Below are positions 15,101 through 35,096 of a stretch of DNA of 64,000 nucleotides, in pieces; position 1 is the first letter of the stretch; each line of letters opens with the position of its first letter. Below the pieces are notes generated by a model. It was not told the origin of the DNA. It was given only the letters and a program-made list of their open reading frames with translations, and made no database searches. The position numbers and the translations under genes are program-made. Source of the stretch: Enoplolaimus lenunculus (taxonomy: Eukaryota); the NCBI GenBank assembly GCA_030248215.1, contig JASANG010001013.1, forward strand, positions 434,001 through 498,000, read 5' to 3'.

Positions 15101-16048
15101 AGTAAAAATAAGCGTGATTTTCTGCAATATAAAGCGTCATTCCCTTGTCACGGCTAGAAATAATTGACTCATTGCACTCCCATCACTGTCGACGGCCCAT
15201 GTTACTTTGAGGGGCGTCCAGGTTTCTGTTGGGTGTGTAATAGGGTAAATTTAGATTCTAGATTACAGTTTTTTTGGTTAGGCTTAGGAACACACTTTTG
15301 TAACGCTTAGGCTTAGGAATACGCTTAATCTACTGTTAAGCCTCTAAAAGTAACATTGGTCACCATGGCTATAGCACTGTACTAAAGTTTCAAACAAATG
15401 AACTTCGTCAACCGCAGATTTTCCGAATTGCAGTTGCAGGACAGCGCAAAAATGTAAACATATAATTACTAAAATTTGAAATTCCTAATTCTTTGATTAT
15501 AACAAATTTTAAAGAAACAGTTTCCAAAGGACAAATCTCAAATGCAGGGTGCAACCGGAATTCCGATTAAGGTATGCAAGTCCGGTATTTTTCACTATCC
15601 GGTTCCCGTTTTAAATCCGCTACCTTTCCACCGAAATTTTCCGGCATTTTCGGGATTGAAAATTTCTCTCATTCGAAAATTTTACAAAAATTGGCATATT
15701 ATTCTAATTTAATTTTCTAAAATTGTCTGAGATTGTATTGCCAAAATTGTCAATTTTTGGCCGCATTTGTTGCTGGATTTTGGCATTCTAATGTGTTTGC
15801 ACCATTAAAAGTGATAAAATAGCGCTAAAATAAGTTTTCTGGTGATAGGTATTTGTTGTCCAGTTCCGAACCGGCATTTTTTAACTTTCCGGTTCCGGTA
15901 TTTTATAAGTATTATAGTTGAACCCTGCTCAAATGACATCAACACTTACATTTACTAAACAATCAATGACCTTTTCCATGTAAACCAGTTGACATTTATA
16001 CGGCTCGTATGGAAAATCGATCGAAATACCTTTGATAATGACCTGCAT
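102..16048 (-). CDS. RTEL1: Regulator of telomere elongation helicase 1 (XPD-family Fe-S DEAH helicase); 22 exons, 1035 codons in the window, 3' end probably outside it
   Basis: GT-AG exons in consistent phase: 15950-16048, 14688-14937, 13713-13809, 13341-13422, 12609-12669, 12188-12272, 11721-11805, 11276-11341, 8694-8792, 8352-8466, 7612-7839, 7178-7317, 6624-6916, 5958-6071, 5041-5167, 4272-4427, 3833-3988, 2764-2882, 1835-2021, 1543-1639, 1164-1372, 102-341. Motifs: FPYEPYKCQ, Walker [20 protein letters not shown], four Fe-S cysteines (QMCVH, HACR, HTCNF, MCPYY), [60 protein letters not shown] and RAVNQAIGR favour RTEL1 over FANCJ/DDX11. The last three exons are low complexity and less certain. 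Confidence 0.93.
649..916. mobile_element. CpG-rich MITE family (GAATTAAGTGC-type TIR)
   Basis: GGCCGAATTGAGTGC ... GCACTTCATTCAGCC; internal GCGGTT/ATCGCA motifs shared with 5642-5950, 10855-11010 and 21628-21868. Confidence 0.75.
3094..3459. mobile_element. hAT-like MITE (CAGGG termini)
   Basis: CAGGGAGGCA ... TGCCACCCTG with perfect 8-bp TSD GTAGACAA. Confidence 0.85.
4143..4259 (-). mobile_element. Telomere-repeat MITE subfamily A, truncated, RTEL1 intron 16
   Basis: GGGACTGCAA..GAG..AGTTTAAGCTTTAGACT motif, TTAGGC run and one degenerate TIR. Confidence 0.65.
5642..5950. mobile_element. CpG-rich MITE family copy, RTEL1 intron 14
   Basis: CAGAATTAAG ... CTTAATTCTG TIR. Confidence 0.75.
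7322..7380. repeat. (TAAA)n microsatellite in RTEL1 intron 11
   Basis: Direct reading. Confidence 0.85.
9432..10800 (-). mobile_element. Decayed, internally deleted piggyBac (PGBD4-like) transposon in RTEL1 intron 8
   Basis: Frameshifted minus-strand fragments: W..EPP...NVVRQTPG (N-terminal), [36 protein letters not shown], then almost directly [31 protein letters not shown] followed by a TIR-like stretch (ttaagcctc...aaaatgacacc) lies at about 9432. The other end was not identified. Confidence 0.85.
10868..10978. repeat. 24-bp tandem repeat, about 4.5 copies (GCAGTCGCGGTTTGAACCACGGTC)
   Basis: Direct reading; it resembles the internal motif of the CpG-rich MITE family. Confidence 0.92.
15194..15361 (-). 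mobile_element. Telomere-repeat MITE subfamily B, RTEL1 intron 1
   Basis: GGCCCATGTTACTTTGAGGGGCGT ... AAAGTAACATTGGTC; TTAGGC core; TSD not recognisable. Confidence 0.8.
15545..15927. mobile_element. hAT-like MITE (CAGGGTGCAACCGG family)
   Basis: TIRs, subterminal CCGG(A/T) repeats, perfect TSD CTCAAATG. Confidence 0.85.
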
Positions 16049-16776
16049 TTTACGAACCTAGCGGATTCTAAATAGCGAATGAGTTAGCAGTTGATAAATT
16101 ATCGGTACAAGCGATGAACTTCGGTTCTCGAGTATGAGATTAGGTTTTCATCTACAGAAGATACAGTTTTGCGTTAAGTTGTTTGTTTTCACGCTAATTT
16201 TTTACCAAATTTCGGCAATTCTTTCATGAAAATTGTGGCAAAAGTCAATCGAAACGCGCTAGCAAATAAATTTAGGAAAATTATGCAAATTTTACTACCG
16301 AAATTGCCGGAACCCCCGGCAAAAATTCTACCGAAGACCGACTTTCCGCCGGACCTCCTCGTGTACCCTGGGTTACGGCAATTTCTAATGTGAAATTTTT
16401 AATAACTTCGCTTTATCATGTACATCGTTCGACCGCGTTTTGATCTAGTTGGGACAATTTATGTGGGGAACAGGGTACAACCGGAAATCTGCGTCTACCT
16501 CCGGTTGAAAATATTATCTCCCATTTTCAGTAATGAAATTTTCCAAACTTGTATTGTTGCATTATACAACTATTGAAAAATAAAGTGTCGCGATTTCTTA
16601 AACAATACGCCTGAAACTAAATTTTTACACTAAAGACACTTGCTAAAATTAGCGAATCCAACATTGTTTTAGCTAAGTAATTTCGTTTCAACTTCGACAA
16701 CTTTTGTTAACCTTCTGCTACGGTTAGCTTTAACGCTCCTTAAAACTTATCGCCGTTATTAACAATACAAACAGAT

Positions 16777-16782
16777 TTTATT
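16777..16782 (-). promoter_or_regulatory. Candidate polyadenylation signal for DDX27
   Basis: First canonical AATAAA seen on the minus strand after the DDX27 stop, followed by TG-rich sequence; implies a ~480-nt 3' UTR. Confidence 0.45.
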
Positions 16783-17244
16783 AATAATAGTAACAAATTC
16801 TCCAACAAAATAAATAAACGACCTACATTTACTTGGGTTCTAAATCCTAGATTAACTCATTAAGCAAAAGCACAGGCACTCCCTGTGCTGCCACTTACAG
16901 CTTCCCCGGACTATGACTTTAGCGAATCGAAGCTCAAGCCCAGGCATCCAACCAGGACCACGGTTGCAATACAATTCAGGATCATAAGAAACAAAAAACT
17001 GTTGACGAACTGATTTTTGTGGCCTTGTCCGCAATATCGCATGGCCCAGGCCACAATAGCTGTTAAAACAAAGTTATCTTAGTTTATGCCTATCTATTTT
17101 TCGTTTGCCATATTTTGATGTCTACTGGTTTCCGTTCAGTTATATTTTTTGCATTATTCTTGATTATTCCTTATTGCCAACAGGCATGTATTGTGATCAA
17201 GATTCATCAATAATAAGCAATGCTATAATCATTTTTCTTGTATT

Positions 17245-27069
<9,825 letters not shown>

Positions 27070-28476
27070 TACTTACGTTTTCCACTTAGCTGAAGCATTA
27101 AGGTCAGGCAACGAACTAAACAAAAAACCCCAAATTGTTCTTTCAGAATCGTTACTAGACGCCATTTTTAAGATAATATGCTTCGTTCGATTTTGCCCAC
27201 TTTTTCTTGACATTCTTTGATAAGAAGTGTATCCGCTCCCTAGCTATGCAATTAATATTGTAACTATAAAGCGTAGTCACAAGTTGTGTTGGCATCGCAG
27301 AGCATACTATAAATACTGAGCAAAATCAAGTCTCAGCTATATCAAACAGTTTAGTCCTAGTAAACCAACCATTACTTATAATCTGATGTGGTTAATGCTT
27401 AAAGAACTATTCTTTTTAGAATTCAACCGTTTATTTCGGAAATGTGTGTTTTTACGAACGTTACACCGAAACCATTCAATCATCTTCATCCTCCTAATAA
27501 CCTTTAAAAAGTCATGGAAGCTGGTTCTACAGTACAGTGCGGCTTTACGTCAGGGCCGTTTCCATGGACCATAACCGCAGTCGCAAGTTGCGATTGGATT
27601 TCTGCAAAAATATTTCAAGGACTACTGAACACTCTGTTATAATTTGCCACCTAACTACGCAACGCGCAGCAAGGTTACAATGCCATCAGCTAGCATCGAC
27701 ATAAGCATTTGGCACCAAGTGTCAGCTGGCTGTAATTTTAAATGTGTATGCAATGAACGTTAAATAAATTATTAAGCCTAATGTCTAAACTTAAGCCTAT
27801 AAAGCAAAAAATAGACCAATGCTTAAACTTAGACCATTCTGGTCCCACAGAAGAACATTTCACCCCTGATAGGTCTAAACTTTGCCCACTGGGATCTCGT
27901 TTATCGCAAATAATCGTGCCAAAAACATGAAAAATTGTGAACAAATATTTAATTGGAAAGTTATTTTTGTGTTTTCGTCAACAGACCATACCACACAGCT
28001 TGAGGGAAAGAATCTTTATTCTAATTTTGCACAAACTTATAATGAGTTTTCGCGCATACTTTTTCTGTGTCATCAGAGGTTGTAGCAGAACAAACAAAAT
28101 ACATATGGTTTAGTATAAAGGCTAAGGAACAACGCTGAGTTTCTGCACGCTATAGCAATTATTTTGTGATACTGTGAAAATTAGTTTTGTTTCGTGCTTT
28201 ATGTCACAAAAGTATTTTATTTGCATTTTTGCGCACGGATTTAATGAATATACACAATATTCTTGCATGTGACGACGAAATTTTTAAATGTCAGTCTGTA
28301 ACCCGGAGATAATAAAAGAAATAGTTGTTAAGTGATACCGAAATCTGTATTTTATTATAACTGTATTAAAAATCTATTGTGCGTTTCTGAAAAAATATAT
28401 TTTTGACATAAAATTAGGCCAAATCTACATATATTATTCAAACTTATCAAAAATTACCTACAAAAGTGCATACCTA

Positions 28477-28710
28477 CACAGTAAATTCCGGTGTGGTGAT
28501 TAATCAGCTCAGAAAGCCAATTAGTAATTTCTGGTTATTTATGAGTTAATAAAACTCGAAACTACAACTCGCTTCGTGTGGAGTTAAAACGCAGAACGAG
28601 TTCAAATCAATTCAGAATTCTGAGTTGTGAAAAACCTAATTCAGTGCACAAACGTCCTGAAACGATTCAACTCATTCTGAGTTAAAATCAACTCATTGGA
28701 ATTTGCAGTG
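28477..28710. mobile_element. CACTG-terminal (EnSpm/CACTA-like) MITE, GAGTT-repeat family
   Basis: TA|CACAGTAAATTCC ... GGAATTTGCAGTG|TA; many AACTC/GAGTT subterminal motifs. Confidence 0.8.
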
Positions 28711-28954
28711 TAAACAAAATCTTTGAATTGCGGAATTCTCAGAAAATTACAAATGAGGTACCATGAGGCACTTCTGAGGGATTCGGAACTTTGGAAAATA
28801 CCTGATCCCAACGTAGTTCATGAAATAGTGTAGGTTATTTATAGTATAATTTTCGTATTGGTTTCATACAGTATTCAGTACACAATATATTCCGATCACG
28901 TTCACAAGATAATAGAATTTTCGGTTAAACACGTTTATTGAAGAACAATATATA

Positions 28955-29417
28955 CTGTAGTGAGTGACCCGAATAAGAGGGGGAAACTAATATTCATTTG
29001 GCCTCTCCAGAGGGTACCCCCCTTGTTATTTGGTTACAGACAGTTGTTTTTTTTGAACCCACGTTCCGCCGCCCTTTCTTACTGATATATATCCGGTACT
29101 GCAAATATCCGTTGAATTATATAAACGTTTATTTGTCTTGTGTCAATAACTTGAGCGATAATGCTAGTTTATACTTAGGAATGTGCTTTCAAAATTTAAG
29201 TACGCTTTAAAGTTTCTAACACAAGTTATTTGAACCTGGAGTCGTTTATGTGCTACAATTATATAGGGTTATTTGACATTTATGGACTCTAATTAGGGTT
29301 TAGGGACTTTATCCGCTTACGGACTCTTATTTGGGATACGGACTCCAATTGATTTAAACTCAAAATGGGGACCCCCCACTCTCATTACCCCTCCCCCTCT
29401 TATTCGGGTCAATACAG
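28955..29417. mobile_element. Tc1/mariner-type (TA-flanked) MITE
   Basis: TA|CTGTAG...GACCCGAATAAGAGGGGG ... CCCCCTCTTATTCGGGTCAATACAG|TA; internal GGACTC repeats. Confidence 0.85.
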
Positions 29418-29559
29418 TAGGATATGACCAAAATTTCTATATGCACATCCTACGATTACGACTGTGAGTATATGCGGTGAAGCTTGTGTATGTGCAGAGT
29501 GTGTAATGTTAAGACACGTATATGCTCGTGCACATATAGCACCAAAGGAAATTATGATA

Positions 29560-29620
29560 TCGCCGCATGGTGTAATGGGTAGCGCTCTTGACTCGCGAGC
29601 AAGAGGTCCGAGATTCGATT
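29560..29620 (+). pseudogene. tRNA-derived relic (tRNA pseudogene or SINE head), CGC in anticodon position
   Basis: A box TGGTGTAATGG, anticodon arm CTTGA-CTCGCGA-GCAAG, mutated B box GATTCGATT; interrupted at 29622 by a MITE. Confidence 0.65.
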
Positions 29621-29621
29621 G

Positions 29622-30032
29622 TACTGTAAATTCCGTTGAGTTTAATAACCAATTGAGAGCTAGAATCAGCTTTTTTCTGGTACCTACATTTCTGAGTTAG
29701 GTACTAAACAGTGAATAGAATTCACTCTGAGAGTTGATTCAATTCCGGTTGAGTTGTGTAATTAACTCATAATGAGTTGAATCAACTCTCAGAATTCTGT
29801 GTTGAGAAAGACCTAACTCTTGAATTAGGTGTTTCAAAACTCAGGAATCTAGAATGATTAAAATCGTTCTGAGTTTCATTAATCAACTCTGATCTGGAAT
29901 TGAAATCAACTCAGACTGGTGAAATCAACTCAAAGTGACTTAAAACTTAAAGTACTATTTTCAAATCAGAAATAATAAAAAAAATAATTCTCTCCCTCAA
30001 TTGATTAATCAACTCATAGGATTGTTACAGTG
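29622..30032. mobile_element. CACTG-terminal MITE, GAGTT-repeat family, abutting a tRNA-like sequence
   Basis: TACTGTAAATTCC ... GGATTGTTACAGTG; dense AACTC/GAGTT motifs. Confidence 0.8.
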
Positions 30033-32199
30033 GCAGCCAAATGCTATTTTAGCGATTTTACTATGTTTTCAAAAAATTTCTATACATTTTTAAAATTGGT
30101 TACTTAAAATTTAGATACGGCCGCCCCTGCCCCTGCTACTGCGGTCTCGTATATATTAATTAATAGTCTAAATTTGAATATATGGCTTTGTATAACAGTT
30201 TATTTCGTTATGTTTTTTTCATTCATAGATTAGCCAATTCGCAGTAACCATAGTGACCTTTTCATGGCTTTGTTATCGACAGATAACTGTTCGTTATTGA
30301 GTATAGGAAACACTGATAAAAGTGACTATTAAAGAGCTGGCATTATAGCCGTATTTTAAGATGACTCTGGTTTTAAAATCGGTGCAACCGGAGGTTAAAA
30401 ATACCGGAGCCGTAGGTCAACAAAATTATCCGGAGCCGGAGGTCAAGCTGTATTTTGTAAAATTATGCAAAATTTACTACCATAGTTGCCGGAACATTTT
30501 GCCGAAACCGGAACCGGATGAAGACCTCTATCTGTACCCTGAGATATAGAAATATCAGCAAGGGCGGCCGCACGAGTAACATCAAAGGTTCTAGTAACCT
30601 TTGGGTATGTATAAAATAAGGGGAGATCTAGAGAATCCCAAATAAACGAAAACATAATTTATAAGAAAGCAACAACTTAAAAACACACGCAAACTTTAAA
30701 CACTGTAAATTCCAATGAGTTGATTAATCAACTTCGATCATTCCATATGTTCTCATATGTGAAAATTGACAACGCCAATTTCTCAATTGAGTTTGAAAAA
30801 ACCGTAGCAACGGGGATCTGAAAAAATTAAAATTTTTCAAATGGGAATTTAAACGTCGCCAATTTTCACCATCAGGCCCGTTTCTAGCTCACATTGCTAG
30901 GGGAGGGGGCTAAAAATTTTTCAAGAGGGGCAGACAAGGGTATTCGTTGACCTACAAGCAAAGTTGAAAATTTTCCAGGGGGCCCAAAATTTTTCCAGGG
31001 TGAGGGGCTGAGCCCCCTTGGCCCCCGTTGGCTACGGGCCCGATTTCCACACACGGGATGGTACACGATTAAAACAGAATGCCGCGTACGCTGTATTGCA
31101 AATGGGGTTTACAGTACTTAATATTTTGACAAAGGTGTATTTGCCTTACCTCGTAAAGGTTGTGATTTCGTTAATGTCTATTTCAAAAAATAACTTTGAA
31201 ACAAATTTTTGACAAAGCTTCATATATAATAAGGTCGAAACGCTGTCAGAATTGTATTTTTAGACTTAAAATACTACAGGAAACCAATAAAACCTTTCTT
31301 TCAGTCTCTCTCGTTGTTCGTAGAAACCTATTTCAGACATTTAAGTATAGGCTTTTTGTTTACCCCTGACGTAAGAATAGCCGCATTATACAAGTTTTGG
31401 CCTCAGGTTTAGCGTATAAAGTTCGTTACAGGAAAGGTATTAAATTTAAGCATAGCAACGTTGTAATTACAAAGCATACTTTAGGTTATTGGCCTTTGGT
31501 TATATTTTGAAAGTGTACTATGAATAGAACAACTTTTTAAATAGCATATGATTATAAATTAAAACAAAGCATAATCTGAATATTTATTTTCTGAAAATAT
31601 TTTCAATTTTAGTAAAATTAAAATGAAACGATGTACGGGCAATAAATATATAACTAGTACACATAGATGCACACATGCGAAACTGGACTATGGCTTCTTC
31701 GGACCTAAGCCAAATTGTTGCCTGGTCCCTAATATTAAGTAAACGAAATTAAAAACTGCTTTTTGAAAAGCTGTAGTGCTTTCAAATATATACAATGCAT
31801 ACAGGTTTGATTTGCATGCGTAAACGTAAACAAATATCTGTTGGAACGCTGCCCAAAATACGTATGTGGGGCGTTCCAGCTTTAATACATAGATATCGCC
31901 CAAAAAGCTTTGCGGCCGTTATATGCAACATTTTAACAATCTCGGTTCGTTCATCTTTCGGCAAAGCCTCGATCCTTGTGCCCTCGGGCGGAAGAAGCAT
32001 TACTTAAAGACCCTCATGCAGTTTCATGCTCTCGGCCTTCAGCCTTGAGCAGATGAAAGGCGGAACCGCTCTTGGTGTCTTTGACTAATACCTTTTGAGT
32101 GGCCTAGCGCCCACGGATGTGTACAAATGTTTCCTCGGGAATTATAAGTTATAGCCCTGCTTGCAGGACGATGTTAATGGGCGTTTGTGAATATATCTA

Positions 32200-32420
32200 T
32201 TGAGCGAAACCAAACGCAAAGCGTTTCATGTTTTGCACTCAGGGGTCGAAAAGTGGATGTCCGTCCGTCCGTCCGTCTGTCTGTCTGTCTGTCCGTCCGA
32301 AAGGAATCGTAGGAACCGCTAAACTGATTTTGATCAACTGTTTTTGTTTCAAAGCTTATTATCTTGGGATGTTAACATCGCATTGGTGTTGTAAAATTTT
32401 TTAGCCGTTTATTAGCTGCA
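32200..32420 (+). mobile_element. Helentron-associated (DINE-1/HINE-like) non-autonomous element, boundaries uncertain
   Basis: Short hairpin AAACGCAAAGCGTTT followed by a (GTCY)n microsatellite at 32259-32298, the architecture typical of DINE-1/HINE elements. Confidence 0.5.
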
Positions 32421-33199
32421 GACTAATTTGCATAATTGGTTAAGCTTAAAGTAGAACTTTTTACAATATTTCACTAATTATTAGGGTTTGCAAGCAATCT
32501 AATTTCAGTATTAAAGTGTTTTTCGGTGCGAGAAATCTGAATAAATTGTTTATACACAACCAAAACCGATCAATGAATAGTTAGCTAATAACTAAGTTGC
32601 GTATCATTAGATTAATTGGAAAGTAAGTGGGCCAAACTATCCGTTTGTGCTTTATAAATTTAGAATGTTTAACCGGACTGATTACAAAGTAATTATATCT
32701 AAGGTTCGCTCAATACATGTAGTTCTACTACGACTGGTATATTTATGTAACTGTATTAGGCCTGCGGTACATTGTTTTGCTTATAGAATAAGGGTTTGTT
32801 TCACCATATGTATCAGGGTACAATCGGAGGTCTTCCAAAGACTCTGGCAAAAATTCGAAACCCCGTCTCCGATACAAATTTTGCTGGTGGATTTGCCAAT
32901 TTCAGTAGTGACATTGTTTCGTATTTTTATATGTTCTGTCGTTCAAGAAGTCGTTTGTAACATTCAAAGACGGTGATAAAGGGTACTGGAATATGGATGG
33001 CGCCACCTTCCAATGGTTCAAGGGACTAAAACAATTTTTCAACCTCAAATCTGTAACAAGTAACATCTGTTGTTTTTTCTGAAAAATCCCAAAAAGGATT
33101 CAGTGTTGCGGTTAATACTGTCCTAAGTTTGTAGTGCAAACTTTCCATACTTATACAAATGCATTTTTGATGCTCCGGTATCCGCCGGGACCTTCCACC

Positions 33200-33590
33200 G
33201 GAATTATCCTGATCTCAGGACCCCAGCAATTATCCATATCCCAAAACCCCAGCAATTATCCAAATCCCAAGACCCCAGCAATTATCCAGATCCCAAGTCC
33301 CTAGCAATTATCCAGATCCCAAGACCCCAGCAATTATCCAGATCCCAAGACCCCAGCAATTATCCAGATCCCAAGACCCCAGCAATTATCCAAATCCCAA
33401 GACCCCAGCAATCATCCAGATCCCAAGACCCCAGCAATTATCCAGATCCCAAGAACCCAGCAATCATCCAGATACCAAGACCCCAGCAATTATCCAGATC
33501 CCAAGAGCCCAGCAATTATCCAGATCCCAAGAGCCCAGCAATTATCCAGATCCCAAGACCCCAGCAATTTTCCAGATCCCAAGACCCCAG
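33200..33590. repeat. 26-bp minisatellite, about 15 copies (GACCCCAGCAATTATCCAGATCCCAA)
   Basis: Direct reading; few substitutions between units. Confidence 0.97.
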
Positions 33591-34788
33591 GAATTCTTCG
33601 GAACCCCCGATGGCTAAATGTGTAGCATGTGCCCATCCTTTCACTCGGCAAACCGCCGTCCAGGCCTGTAGCCAGCTGGTCACTTTGCTTCGGTAGCTTA
33701 AAATTTTTCAGGAGAAGCGTTCCACGTTCTTCAATGAGTTACAAGCAAAGGTGAATACTTTCTAGGGGCTCAAAATTTTCCAGGGGGGCTGAGCTCCCCC
33801 AGGCCTCCTCTTGGCTGCTGATTCGCAGCCGTTTCTGGTTAGGTTTCAAGTAACTTTTGAAGTTTCACAAGCAGAGATTTTCAAAAAGGAACGTAAAGAC
33901 TAAATTTTGACAAAACTGCGTAAAAATTTCAAAGTTCACAATTTGGATGTTGTTTTCACTGCGTTCGTATGCCTCACCGCCAACTCCAGTACCGGCCAAA
34001 CCTGTTCACTTTTCGGTTGGGTATTTCCCCCTCCAGTTGCAGCCTAAGCAACAATACTCTTTAAAGGTAACCTAGTTTTTCCGGGGGTACGTTCAGTCGA
34101 ATCGGAAGCGATGCTTAAACGAATGAATTAATTTCAAGTCATCCAGGTGTCCGTATCCAGGTCACCTTGCTAAGTTGGCTATTTTTCATGATAATTATAC
34201 AAGGTATTTCGATGAGTTACAAGCACGATTGAAAAGCTTTCAGGAGGGCCAAAATGGATCCAGGGAGGACTCAACCCTTCCCTGGCTCCCGTCTGGCTAC
34301 GAGCAAGTGGTCAGCTCAAAACTTCTTGGGTATCCCAACGATCTATCGTATTCAGGTTGTTTGAAAACGCTGTCAAACCTGTGTTAGGCAAAACAGATGG
34401 GTAAACGCTCGCCAGGATACTGTGCCTTTATCTCCTGTTCACCGTATTTGCGGCCCTAAACCCAAAGTTTAGCTCCCAGCGGCCCCACTTTTAAATTACT
34501 ATGATTCTTGTTGGTTTGTGCCTAAACGTTAAGAACCAAATGCTTATAAAAGAGCCTGCCTGGCTGATGTTTAGTTTGACCTGTTTGTTTTTTGGTTGTT
34601 TAGGTTGCCAAACCTAAATTTCTGGCAAAGATTATCGTTTAAGCAAACAGTTTGCTGCTGTTGGCAATTTGTGAATATTTACGTTTCAGCGTTGTGAACT
34701 GAATAGCAATATTGCACTTGCTCCAAAACCTTGATTTTGTTCATAATTTTAGGCGTAGGTTCCAACTTGTAGCCTTTAGGCCGAGGGT

Positions 34789-35096
34789 CGCCAATGTAAA
34801 GAACTGGGGCGGAACAGTATTATAAGCATATTCCTAAGCCTAAGACTAAGCCTAAGGCTAAACCTAAGCGTAAGAATGAGCATATTCCGGCCCATGTGTA
34901 GAACAGGGGCGGTACAGTAGTATTTGCATATTCCTAAGTCTAAGCCTAAGCGTAGGCCTAAGCGTAAGAATGAGCATATTCCTAAGTCAAAGCCTAGGCC
35001 TAAACCTAAGCCAAGCAAAAAAATTAGTCTAAAGCTTAAGCTTACATTATTCTAGTCCCACAGACAAACTCTCCGCCCCTGATCTTTACATGGGCC
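34789..35096 (+). mobile_element. Telomere-repeat MITE subfamily A with duplicated left half
   Basis: Left arm at 34789-34888 followed by a complete copy at 34889-35096. Confidence 0.82.

Noticed and set aside
16340..16400. HDV-like ribozyme suggested by GACCTCCTCGTGTACCCTGGG
   Set aside because: No upstream P1 partner; GTACCCTG is the degenerate end of the CAGGGTGCAAC hAT-like MITE family (compare 30520-30541 and 60050-60077).
16860..17060. Spliceosomal snRNA or iron-responsive element (Sm-like ATTTTTG before a hairpin on +; GAGTG loop on -)
   Set aside because: No ordered match to U1/U2/U4/U5/U11/U12 as I recall them, G-U pairs favour the opposite strand, and the loop lacks the CAGUG consensus. 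Kept only as an unassigned structured island.
27073..27165. 30-codon upstream ORF in frame with DDX27, stopping 3 nt before the ATG (possible readthrough extension)
   Set aside because: No similarity to DDX27 recognised; a TTTGTTTAG acceptor-like site at about 27116 suggests it is removed as outron or intron. Unsupported without transcript data.
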